A stretch of DNA of 63,726 nt, filler included, from Atractiella rhizophila (taxonomy: Eukaryota): NCBI GenBank assembly GCA_021432655.1. It is 16 parts of 15 records of this genome, joined end to end, with 100 filler letters (N's around TTAATTAATTAA, not from the genome) between each part and the next. Parts side by side here need not be neighbours in the genome. Positions count along the whole stretch, not along the records: positions 25,620 to 30,583 come from MU272414.1; positions 30,684 to 31,798 come from MU272416.1; positions 31,899 to 36,782 come from MU272417.1; positions 36,883 to 41,761 come from MU272418.1; 12 more parts are not named here. The stretch is one strand, 5' to 3'. Position 1 is the first letter of the stretch. Every line of letters starts with the position of its first letter. Positions 25,620 through 37,007 of this stretch are shown here, in pieces. Below the pieces are notes generated by a model. It did not search any database and had not been told where the DNA came from. It was given only the letters and a program-made list of their open reading frames with translations. The translations under genes and the position numbers were made by a program.

Positions 25620-26224
25620 CCATCTGCTGGCCTGTGCAATGGCACACGCCTCATAGTCACTCAGCTTCTCCAGCGAGTCATCGAAGCAACCATCATTCTA
25701 GGTGCACCAGTGGCGAATCAGTTCTCATTCCTCGAATCGGCATTGACAGTGTAGTATTAAACCAGCTTCCTTTTCAATTCCGGCGCTTTCAATTCCCTGT
25801 GCGCTTAGTGTTTGCCTTAACTCTGAATAAAGCGCAAGGACAATCTGTTGGACATGTGGGTTTGTACTTAGAGTCTTCTCCTTTCTCTCATGGGCAGCTT
25901 TATGTTGGTCTTTCAAGGGTTTCAAACACGAACAATTTACGAGTATTGGTCAAAACAAAGCAAGGAGAGGAAAACAAGCAAACAGATAATGTAGTTTACA
26001 AAGAAGTGTTACAAGTACTCAATCACTGATCATCTCTCAGCATGTTCCTAACAGTATAGGCACCACTCAGCTTTTCATTGTTTTTGAAGACAGCAGAGTA
26101 CATATGGTGAGTCTGTGCTCGCCTTTGGCGAGGCCCCACGCAGTGGCCGCCGGAGGCTGGGGTCCAAGGGGGATGCTCCTGGCCGGGGGGGGATGCCCGA
26201 TGGACGAGGGCACTGACACACTTG
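25620..26224 (+). mobile_element. Second Helitron 3' end: helicase C-terminus (25620-26029, one frameshift near 25706), hairpin cassette, CTTG
   Basis: GLCNGTRLIV...IPRI...RRFQFPVRLVFALTLNKAQGQS...PFSHGQLYVGLSRV...TDNVVYKEVL; terminus GGGCACTGACACACTTG is identical to the copy at 14788. Confidence 0.93.
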
Positions 26225-26309
26225 AGGGTCAAAACAAAGCAAGGAGAAGAAAACAAGCAAACAGATAATGTAGTTTACAAGGAAGTGTTACAAGTACTCA
26301 ATCACTGAT
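25948..26309 (+). repeat. 83-bp direct repeat (25948-26030 and 26227-26309, 2 mismatches) flanking the Helitron 3' cassette
   Basis: GGTCAAAACAAAGCAAGGAG...TACTCAATCACTGAT read directly twice. Confidence 0.95.
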
Positions 26310-26580
26310 ATAATGCAATTAAATTACGGCAAAGCCCACGCTGCACAAAGTAACCTCGATTCAATTATAAGCCCCAAGGAGCACATTACGTTTGCTTAAA
26401 TTACGACATTACATTATAATATAATGGTGGGAGCGCTGCTTTGGAGCGAGATGGGTTGCTGTAGCGTAACACCAAGTAGTTTACAAAACATGTTTCACCA
26501 GCAATCCGTCAGTCTTAATCGCCACCTGGGACCTTTCAAAGTAGGGGCTACATCGTAGGGCAGCCAAAATTAACTCTTGC

Positions 26581-27720
26581 CTAGCTGCCTGTTGTCCGAA
26601 ATGTCATGGATGCCCAATGTCGACGAAGACCTCTTGCCTCAGTATCTCCGAAAAACTCACCGTCCTGGATAACTTCGACGGTCCGGGCAGCTTCACTGTT
26701 GGGGGCAGCCACCGGTGTCAATTTGTCGAGCAATGAGTGGCGGGGCTGAGTTCTGCTGATGAAGGCAAGTACGCTGTCGCCATTGGTGTGAGCTTGTGGC
26801 ATGTAAAACGTCAGCAATACCTTGCAACAGCTGCCTTGGTGCTGATAATGATTGCTACCGCCAGAATGTCAAAACGTGATGTTACGTTGGAACAGAATTA
26901 CCAGCGATGCGATATACCGGTTCATGAGCAGAGAGGAAAAAGACCAATTTGAGAGTATGAAAGGAGCTCATAGGAAGATTAGTCCCGGTGACGAAGTGGA
27001 CTGGCTGTGTCCATTACATTGACTTAGTTTGTCGCACGTCTCCAGCAACGGAATGTAGTCACCTCTAATAATGCTTCCTGGCATGCATGTGTCGATGCAC
27101 AGAGAATAAGTGAAGCCGGTAGACTGACCTGCTTAAGGAGAATGGCTAGAAGGATGCTGAGAAGGCAGTCTGCTACAGACGACCCACCAAGATCCATGGT
27201 AATGCCTACATACAAGTTATTTCTCATCTCCTTTGAAGAAAGGGAACGGACTAGGAATCATAGAAGGGACGCATCGTGCCTCTTCAAACCATGTTTTGTG
27301 GTTTTCACAGATGGGAGACGACAGACCAGGTAAAGTGATGGAGGCGCAATTCACTGCTGCTTTCTGTTAGCCGAAAAGTTTGGAGCAAAGGTGATTTAAC
27401 CGAACAGTGACCAACAATGGTTGAGGAAGAAGAAAACCGTGGCAACGAGAATAGAAGTCCAGAAGATTTTTTTTGGATCTCCCTTCCTAATAACGCCGAT
27501 GTGGCACATATACAGGGCGTGGCAGATGACAGTGATTGAGGTTCCAGTTGACAGCCTTAGGAGAGGTTAGAGAACAGAATTGGCAGAGAGCAAGAGAGCA
27601 AGACGAACAAAGCAATCATTATGTGATCTGAGGGACTGAGAAAACCACAGTTGAACAATGAATAGAAGAGAGAGGAAGTCTTACACCAGACCGCTCAGTC
27701 CACAAAGGGCATCTTCTCGA
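26581..27720 (-). CDS. DUF6534-like fungal multi-pass membrane protein, many small exons, boundaries approximate
   Basis: Hydrophobic exons DLGGSSVADCLLSILLAILLKQ and ILAVAIIISTK..TNGDSVLAFISR resemble the DUF6534 pattern. Confidence 0.4.
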
Positions 27721-29529
27721 ATAAATCGTTCAAACCAGGTGAGCTTCTTCAACCTTGGTTAATCGCTCATCATAATTCTGACAGGTTGGGCGCACAATGA
27801 AAACAAACGAGTCAATAATGTCGGCAATGAGCAGACCTGTGAGTTGGAGAACAATGAACCAAGTTGTCTACCCTAATACTCAGTCTTTCTGTTCTCATGC
27901 CTTCCAGAGAAAATTGGTTACTTCGCAGCGTTTGGACAGAATAGCTTTAAAGCATTGGTAAAACTAGGCCAACATCGGAAATGAGTAAACTGGAGGATTT
28001 GAGTGAAGTAGGGACAAGCCTGAACGATACATATTCCTCCAAGACAGAAAAAGAGGAACAATGATTGGGCGAATGCCTTCAAGGAACTCATTTAGATAGG
28101 TAGCTACCACTTTGAACATGACGGATGTCGAAGGGGGTAGAACTTTCAAATCGTTCTGGCACGCTCGGCATAAAAAGTAAAAAGCGCGACAAGCGGATGG
28201 ATAACGCTAATTTCGGCTTCCGCAATATCAGCCGCTGGTTTACACCTATTAGTATTTACTTGGCCATTGTTCTTAGGTTTAACTGAAGAACTAACTTCAG
28301 GAGCTCCGGAATGAAGGTCAATATTATTACGATCGTCATCCATTTGGCTCAGACGGTGAAATTTCAGAAAAGAACCGTTTTGACAATTGCAATTGGATAA
28401 TCTTGACAGATGGAGGACGGAGGACCAGGGTCAGAGGTCCATGGTTGTTGTCTCAACTTCGAGTCTAGAAGATTTGAAATCGAGGGTGGGAGGGGGAGAG
28501 TGCGGGAGAATTAGGGTCAAGATATCGGCTCAAGAGATGATAAACCAAAAAGACTGTAACAGAATTGAATAGTCAAAGGGCTATCTTCAACTCGCTAGGC
28601 GCTCCGTTTCAGCTTCAAGTGGGAATTTCATTTCCCAGGCGTGAAGATGTTTGTATCTACTCTTAAATTCAGGTATGATTTCCTAGGTCTTTTTTCGGGC
28701 TAACTGTTTAGAGCAGAAGGCATGATTCAGGACAAATTTGACGACGTCGTAAGGCATCTAGTCTCGTCCCTTCGAATTGTCAGACCCTAAAATCATAAAG
28801 TTGGGTAAAACGCATCTTCAGCTGTTATCTTCGTTTCAAGCTTGGAGAATTGGAAAAGTGGAAACGATCGAGGTTCCTTCAAGTCTTTCTTCTAGCAGAT
28901 GCCCCTAAGGTCAACAATAAACCTCTCTAAAGATCTCGACCAGTTTTGGACCCAAATCTTCGCAAAACTGACGGTTTTGAGCGAGTGCAGAGGGCGATCA
29001 GATTAGGAGAAACTATGCGATTCATGAGCGGATTTCGGAGTACCCCTTGTCGGCCGCTCATTTCACCTTTGATTCGACTGACAAGCCAAAGAATATTTGT
29101 GTTCATTTAGAACGACGGCCCATGAAGTGAATGCCAAAATCCGCACTGTTTGCCTCATTACAAGTGGCGGCCGATAGGGAGGATGCCGATTGGAAACCTT
29201 TCTTGCGTTTGCATCCCAACAGCTCAGTCTGAAAATGCCAATGGACTAGCTTTTGCGGATTTCGGCCTGATTTTCATCGGCCACCGTTTGGCAGAACGCT
29301 TTTGTGCAGCACATCAGGTTTAATCAGTTGACTCCGATATGCTTCCATGTGGGATTTATGGATGAACCTTTTTCTGTTTCAGTCAAGTCAGCTGGGATTC
29401 CAACTTACGTACTTGGCCTTGAGTTTACTAGTTTCATCTCGAGGGATCGCTCATGGAAGATCAGGCCAGGCCTGTTCTTATGTTATCGCCCATCAGAGAT
29501 CAAACAGCGCTCATCCCATAATAATACAG

Positions 29530-30583
29530 CACCGCAGTAATGTGAGGAGCGGAACTTTGGCTTCTGTGGATTTCGGCGTGAGTTCCGAACAGCATACCCT
29601 CAACGTTGAGAGATAGATGATGTCCACATGCTTCATTTGTGAAAAATGTTCTGGGTCGTGTGCATTTTCAAGAGCTGCTTTGTTATCGTTAAATATCGGT
29701 AGTGCCTGTTCTTGCTTTCTTCCCATTTCCTCAAATAAACTCCGATACCAAACTCCTTCTACTCCACCATGTGTCATCACTAAGAACTCGGCATTTCCTG
29801 TGGAGAGTGCTACTCCATCTTGCCGTTTGCTACTCCAACTGGTCGATCCTTTGCCTAAGAAGAAGGCAAAACCCAACGTTGATTGTCGTGTGTCTAAGTG
29901 TCCGGTATAATCTGAGGCTGTGTACCCACAGAAAAAAAGGACGGGAGTCCCCTTCACTTTGTAAGCCATATTCCAAACAATAATGTTTCATGGTTCGCAG
30001 GTGACATAAAACTCTCTTGACTGCCTCCCAATGCTTTAGGCCCTGGATTAGAAGAAAATTTCCAGAGGTGACCCACAACCCAAGCTACGTCAGGGCGTGT
30101 TACGATAGCAAGATAGATTAAGCTTCCTATTGCATTTAGATATGGGACCTTTTTCATGTATTCAATCTCTTCTAGTGTGTTTGGGCAGTTTGCTTTTGAG
30201 AGCATGCTTCCTGAGTCGTAAGGAGTGGAGACTGGACCGCCTTCATCTGTCATATTGTACCACCCCTTCAGCACTGCATCAATATCGATGTTGGTGCAGG
30301 TACAGTTGACGATGTGGACGATCTCTGGCTATCTCAATTCCAAGGTAAAGGCTGGCATCACCATTTTCAACCATTCGATAATGAGTGTGGAGCTTCTGTT
30401 TGACACGATCCATTAAGCTCGGTCATTTGAAGCAAGAAGAAAGTCATCAATATGTACTGGTGTTATAACGAATTTTCCGTTCTTTTCCCAGACATAGATT
30501 GAATGATCACTTTTACACCTCTTGAAACCATCCTCAACAAGTGTTTTATCAAGGTCTCTGTTCCAGCAACGTGCTGATTGATG
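29530..30583 (-). mobile_element. Degenerate Ty1/copia RT-RNase H fragment
   Basis: QSARCWN...GFKRCKSDHSIY...VHIDDF, VPYLNAIGSLIYLAIVTRPDVAW and SWSSKRQDGVALST..AEF...KHVDI; stops and frameshifts present. Confidence 0.9.
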
Positions 30584-31662
30584 NNNNNNNNNNNNNNNNN
30601 NNNNNNNNNNNNNNNNNNNNNNNNNNNTTAATTAATTAANNNNNNNNNNNNNNNNNNNNNNNNNNNNNNNNNNNNNNNNNNNNATTACCCTTCCAGATGC
30701 CCTGAGCTCTTTCAGACCAGCCTCTTGTTGATGATGGTCGTTCATCCACGCCAACTCACAAGTCGGATCCGCTTCTTCCGTCCATCTCGCGTCGTTTCTC
30801 ACGTGACTTTGACAACGCGGCTTTTGCTTGATAACAATACTGATGCTCTTCTCTCCTCAATAATGAACTCAGCGAAATTAATCGTCAGATGATTTAGAGG
30901 GTCGGAAAAAGTGTATTGAGCGTTAGGGCTGCTTTAGGAACGAGGATTACAAATGTAGGAAGTCATGTCGTGGTCGCAGCCGCTTCACAATTCATTGAAT
31001 TCCCAATGGAAATAAATATTAGGGCTGTCACCAGCTGAGAAGGCACGTTAAGTGTGGTTGATATTGTTTCAATGGAAGAACGGTCGAGTACACAACTTCA
31101 TATTCTCGATCAGTCAATGTTGTGAAAGCCCTTTGACTCTATCCCATGTGGCATCCCTAGGACAGGTGGACAGTGTCATCAGGCTGGCCTCAATCCTTAT
31201 GTTTACGGTCCTGTGAAACGGGTAGGGCCAAAAGGTGTCGATCAGATAACAAATGCACTTCCTCCCTCTGTCATCCTTGGGTTCGACACTCAGACCATCC
31301 TTACTGCATTTAATGTCAATGCAACCTACAAAGGACCTCCAGTCCTTCCTGACCAATGTGCTGTAAAGACAGCAGAATTTCGGTAGGTTACGAGATACTA
31401 GGCAAGAACAGCAGACAGTCTCAACTCCACCCTCAAATATGGGAGAATTCCTGCTTCAATCTAACTCAATGCAGAGGATGAAAACTTTGAAGATAATCGG
31501 TGCATCTGACTTACGAGTTCTCAGCCAAAGCTTGAGTGTGAACGGTCTGCGAGCTCAGGAGGTTGACTAGTTCCATACAAGAAACGCGATACAAATCTTT
31601 GCTGAAATTCAATCAAATACACAGAGATTCTCTACATCACAATATTCTCTTAATCTCCAGGC

Positions 31663-31753
31663 TCATCGGAGCATTCCACCTCTCAAGGCCAACACAAGGT
31701 GCAGCACTGAGCCAGCTTCGATGTTGAAGTCTTTGGCTGTCTTCTCGTCCGCC
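31663..31753 (-). CDS. NEDD8: NEDD8/Rub1 ubiquitin-like protein, last exon only; absent from the ORF track
   Basis: After a CAG acceptor: [42 protein letters not shown] (Ala72) distinguishes NEDD8 from ubiquitin. Confidence 0.9.
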
Positions 31754-31898
31754 CTGAAGAAGTTTAGAATTGTGGTAAGCACATGTTCCTCTCACGAANN
31801 NNNNNNNNNNNNNNNNNNNNNNNNNNNNNNNNNNNNNNNNNNTTAATTAATTAANNNNNNNNNNNNNNNNNNNNNNNNNNNNNNNNNNNNNNNNNNNN

Positions 31899-32745
31899 AG
31901 TTTGGGTGACGGCTGCATCGCGTTGGACACTCGTACAAGCTCAAGGCAGAAAGAGGCAAAAGGACGTACACGAGTCCCCAAAGTTGCGTATTGTCAATCT
32001 TGCCCTTGTTCCTTGGATCACGCTTGAACTTCTTTCTCGTCTCTTCAGCATATAACTCAACGCCTAGCCCGATAAGTACTAAGGCGGCTCCAAAATACCT
32101 CCAGTTTCTTCGTCAAAAGCAGGACATCAAGGTGGATATTGACGCACTGTTTCCATCCCAGCGCATCGGGAGTGCCAGTCGCCAACAGATAGCTGCATAT
32201 GGCGGATACGGTTGTGTCAAAAAGGTTGTTATAGACTGCGACGCCGATGGAGGATGCGACAGGGAATTTGATGCTGCAGGTCTGACTAATCCACCAAGCC
32301 TGACAAATCAGCAGTCAGGAACTGAAAGTCGCAGAGATGGAGGGATTTCGTACATGGCGCATGGCCGATAGGGAGTAAAGCACAACAAGCAGCGTTGGTA
32401 GTGTTCCAAGTCCTCGAAATGGGACTATCTGGTAGCCGCGGACGCCAGAGTTCGACGATATTAGCCTGTCATCCATTGAAGGAGAAGAGTTCTACTTACA
32501 TGGATGCCCAACTGCGCAATCCAGGTCTCTGAGTTGTGAGACAGCACAGGGAAGTCCTTTGAGGCTATTCCGACCTTTTGAAAGAGTTTTAAAAAAGTCG
32601 AATTTCTGAGGAGCACTGCCTGGATGAAAGGGGAGAAAGCGCGGCCCCCGACAAGACAAAGCTGGGAGAGAACGCTGGGATGACCAGTTTTAGACCGTGG
32701 CATCATTGGGTTGTCTTTCGACCCGGACTGAGGAGTGCTGGACAT
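31899..32745 (-). CDS. DUF1295 / steroid 5-alpha-reductase-like membrane protein, 3'-truncated
   Basis: ALGWKQ...GAALVLIGLGVELYAEETRKKFKRDPRNKGKIDNTQLWGLV, the segment that precedes RHPNY in this family. Confidence 0.7.
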
Positions 32746-33925
32746 GACTTTCTACAGGCAGATACCACGACCTGAAGGAAAGCTGTGAGCGGATTTGGGC
32801 TTTAAACGCCACACTTGACGACAGGTGGTAAACGGGGATTGATGGCCATCGAGACAGACATGTCAACTGCTGTCAGCAGCATGAGAGAGAGAACGGTTGT
32901 CGCCGCACGCCGCGCAACGCCGACTCTCTCTGATGTTGTCTAGCTGAAAGGTTGCGGTCTCCGGGACCAGACAGTAAAGGGAGATGGGAACAATCTAATC
33001 CTTCAACCACAGTTTAAAAGTATTGTCCAAATAGATGAGTTCCTAAAAGCTTTTCACAGCTAGGGCTATTGAAGAATTTTCAAAGCAAGCTAAATAGGGG
33101 GTTTCAAAGCACCTCAGGTAGTTCCAGCACCAAGCAGGCAGCAAACTCTTCTAAGCAGGATGCGGCGAGATCGCTTGTTGTTTGGATGCAGCTTCTCCTC
33201 TCTTCAACTTTTCCATAAATTTCATCGCAATAAAATTGCCTCTATTACTTCCGAAGTTCTGATTTTAGTACCCAAACTTGGAGAAGCCAGCGGCTAATTC
33301 GGCAATCATACTTTCACACAATTGCAGCTGGGGTTGCAAACAACTCAGGGTTCGAACGTTCAGGAGAACCCCTCCCCAGTCGTGACCGTCCGTCGAAGAG
33401 GCGGAGGGACCGCTTCGACTCGCCTTGCAAACACCTTAACCGTTCTCTTGTTCAAGTACCCTGAGGATCAGCGATCCGCAGGTCAATACTGTGTGGAACT
33501 TGAATAAGAGCAGGAAAAAGGCGATAAAGTTGGGTGGATTAAACAGGATTTACCTTTCCGTCCACCGAGTGGAAAGTCATGGCCAGCATCATGACATCTG
33601 TTTCTGGTTGAGAGGGGGTGAAGCATCGATGAAAGCCCGCCAGATATTCCCTACAAACAAAGTTGGGTTATGATCCATTTCAACATCGGACTTGAGCAAT
33701 TTGGGTACACATGAAAGTTCTGCCGAGTCCGCCTGCGTAAGTACTATATCCAACCCATCGAAACTTTGAGTAGCATGGCCGAACCAGACCTGTGCAAACG
33801 TTCAAAGAGAAGGTGAAACGAGAAACCACCACAGTCCCTCCACACCTTCCCCAGTGGAAGCAGCAGTTTATATACCTACCGAAGTCTTGATAGCCTTCTT
33901 TCTCTTCCAGCTTTTCACCGTAAAC

Positions 33926-35700
33926 ATGGCCACATTTATCCCCGTCCCGACTAGTGTGAGTCTCCTTCATCTTCATCCCTCGTCGTCAACTGACATGGCT
34001 TTGGCAGGCGTACAACCAAGGAGTTTTGCCCATTGTCATAGCTGCACACATCTCTAATGGTACGTAACTCCAAAATTGTCTGAGTATGCGAGCTGACGCC
34101 TTGAATATCTTAGTGCTCCTTGGGGTCAACATTGCCCAGTTGTACGCCTCCCTTCTCCTTCAACCCCAGAAACCATTGGGATTCATAATTTCATTGCAGC
34201 TTCGTCGTGTCACGATTGCTAGTGCGGAGATCAGATCCAAACAAATTCATTTGGGGCATCTTGACCTCGCTGCTGCTGTGGGGTCTTTGCGACAGGTCGC
34301 TCTCCCTCTTGATCCTTCAAGTCTACAGCTGACATCGACATCAACAGCATTGCGAAAGAACATTTCGTCACAGAGTACGGTAGGAGGGCTGCGATCAGTG
34401 GTCTTCTCAGCTTCGCCGGACATCTACCAGAGTCGGTCAGTCTTCATTTAGCCATCCCCTTACGTCCCACGCGCAGTCTCAACTTACTTCCATCTTGACA
34501 ACGCCGCCCTGCAGGTGGTTCCGTTTTTGGTCGCAGACGCTGGAATCGTGATCACGACTCATGTCGTGTACATCACACGGTAAGAATTCCCGATGTTTCT
34601 GTCAGTTTGGGCTAATGTGTGACGATGAAAGGATATGGAACATGCTTCCCGCTGTCGATATCTCTCGCGCCGTCACTGGAACGAAACGAGGCCGACACAT
34701 CTTCACCAAACTGTCAGTTCCTTGCATGACAGTCTGAATTTGATACCCATGATCTATGCCAGCACCCTCCTCTTAGCCGCCTGCCTCTCCCTAACTCAGG
34801 TATGACACACGTCACTGAGCCGTCATGTCATAATTGTTCCTTCTATCAGATTCCCTTCACCATCCTCGTCACCATACGGCTCACCAACAAGCTTCCCAGC
34901 GAGTGGTTCCCAGGACTCACTGCCATCCTATCCTCCTACCTCGCCTGCGCTGGTACCCAACATTCTCTTCTTCGACAAATTCTGATCTGATTATGTGTGA
35001 CATCCAGCTGGAGCCGACTTGATTCTCTGCATCACCTTCGTCTACAATGTCAAAGCGCAAAAAGGAGGTTTCATGGACGCTCACAGCTGGTGGGTTCAGG
35101 TGCGTCATTTTCCTTCCCACCACATTTTTCAGGCTCAACTCATTGTACTTTTTGTGCTCTGACAGTGGGCTCGTATCGGAATGGAGTGTATGGGTATCCC
35201 AACTGTTCTGCAAATCGCTCGATGGGTCCTTGTTCAAACCATGCCTGTCTGTCTCTCTTTTCTTCAACGGAAGCTTACTGAGGCGTGTCTCATATGTCAC
35301 AGGAGAAAGCATACCATTACGCAGGTTTGTGCACATACTCTATCGTTGAGGCGAGCGATCCTGAAATCAAATTGCAGTTACATACGTGATCACAAAGCTC
35401 TATACAGCTTCCGTACTCGCGCTCTACACGACTGTTCTCAGCAAACCCGAAGGAGGAAACATCAGCGAAAAGCGCTCGAAGATAGGCGGGACGACCTATG
35501 GAAACGCGAGCCACATTCAGGCAAGTATTCCTCACTCCTCCCTCGCTAGGTGCAGTTGTTGAACGAGGGTAGATGTCGCAGGTGACTACCATCCCTCGGA
35601 ACGGGGCAAGGTCAGCATTGGATGAGGATGAGATTGAGGTCGATAGGATTCACTTACAGCCTACTTCGAGACAAGTCGGAATGAAGTCGGATGAGGAGGA
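33926..35700 (+). CDS. DUF6534-like membrane protein, many small exons, boundaries approximate
   Basis: Exons give PFLVADAGIVITTHVVYITR|IWNML, LSSYLACA|AGADLILCITFVY and VITKLYTASVLAL (KLY..S.LA.L motif). Confidence 0.5.
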
Positions 35701-36088
35701 GTGGAAACACGATTCGTCCTCCTCAAGCCCTACTGCTTATTGATCCCTTTCTTCCTACTTGGCGTCCTCATAGAGGCAGAGCGGAAAGTCAAACTTGGAC
35801 TTTGGGCTTGAATGCTTTTAGTGTTGTTATTTATCTCTGTGCTGGTATTCGTTGTAAGCAAGCTTCACGGCGTGCTGTTCTTGTGCATGTTGTGGCAGAA
35901 AGCAAATACATTCTTTTTAAAGTCAATGGCGTTGCAGCGAGCACACTTATATCCATCCATCGACGACTGAGAGACTTGCAGAAACTTCCACTATCACAAC
36001 CTTGGCACACACGTCGTGCCCCTTGCCCCTTAGCCTCAACCAGCAATGAAAACAACCGACCATGGGTGCCTTTCAAATTGTACCATCC

Positions 36089-36782
36089 ATGAGTCCCACA
36101 GAAGGTGCCTTGAAGGAAGTCACCACTTTCCTTGACCAATGGCTTCTCAAATGGGGCAAAAGAGTCAAATTCGACGGAACGGAGCCAGACCAAGAGCTGC
36201 AAAGAATGTGGTCCATGGTTTGTGAGGTGACTGCTACACTCTCGTACGCCACTCAAAATCGTTCAAAACAGCTAGTTGATCACAGTTACAATAAGTACAT
36301 TTCTTGAATCGGAGCCTGAAGAGAGAAGGGAACTCGAACGGTGGCACCATGAACATAGCTCACTTTTGGACTCATCATCACCTGATGCATTAGCTCTATG
36401 TCTACCTCAAGTGAATTCTGGACAAACTAGCAGCTTGGAGAGACTCCCAGACGAAATTTTGCAGATCATCTTCCATAAAGCGGTTCCTGAGTGGGACCAG
36501 CATTCATTCGAGCTCTTGTGTTTATCGAGGTCGTTGTATCCAGTTGTGCGCGCTCTTTCATTTGGTTAGATGATGTTGCTTACCCCTAGAGGTTGAACTT
36601 AGGTTCGAAGAGCGTTATACCACACTCCTCCGACTCTGTTCACCGTGCACGACGCCTATTCCTTACTTCGAAAGCTCCAAACATGCCCTACGACCGCCAC
36701 GTTTGTTCGACACCTTCGGTATGCTATACCTTCGAAGCCCCTCGATTTGTTGCAGCGTATTTCGATTTTCAAGCTTTTTTCA
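36089..36782 (+). CDS. F-box domain protein, 3'-truncated, spliced or frameshifted
   Basis: LERLPDEILQIIFHKAV...LLCLSRSLYPVVRAL is F-box-like. Confidence 0.5.
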
Positions 36783-36882
36783 NNNNNNNNNNNNNNNNNN
36801 NNNNNNNNNNNNNNNNNNNNNNNNNNTTAATTAATTAANNNNNNNNNNNNNNNNNNNNNNNNNNNNNNNNNNNNNNNNNNNN

Positions 36883-37007
36883 GTGCGAGACCACAAGCTT
36901 CATGCTTTACCTTGTCTCGCACCTTGCAGGTAATGTATTTCTCTACCTTCATATAGACTCAATGTTAACACAAGCTTCATGCTTTACCTTGTCTCGCTAC
37001 CTTGCAG
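36883..37007. repeat. 38-bp direct repeat (36892-36929 and 36969-37007) overlapping a hairpin at a contig start
   Basis: CACAAGCTTCATGCTTTACCTTGTCTCGC(T)ACCTTGCAG x2; GTGCGAGAC...GTCTCGCAC inverted repeat at 36883-36922. Confidence 0.85.

Noticed and set aside
27964..29300. Possible transposon end or ORF relic (repeated GCGGATTTCGG, broken minus-strand ORFs)
   Set aside because: No recognisable domain, TIR or TSD; not enough support for a call.
33340..33365. GGTTCGAA as a tRNA T-loop
   Set aside because: No acceptor stem, D-arm or cloverleaf; I found no tRNA or rRNA gene in the window.
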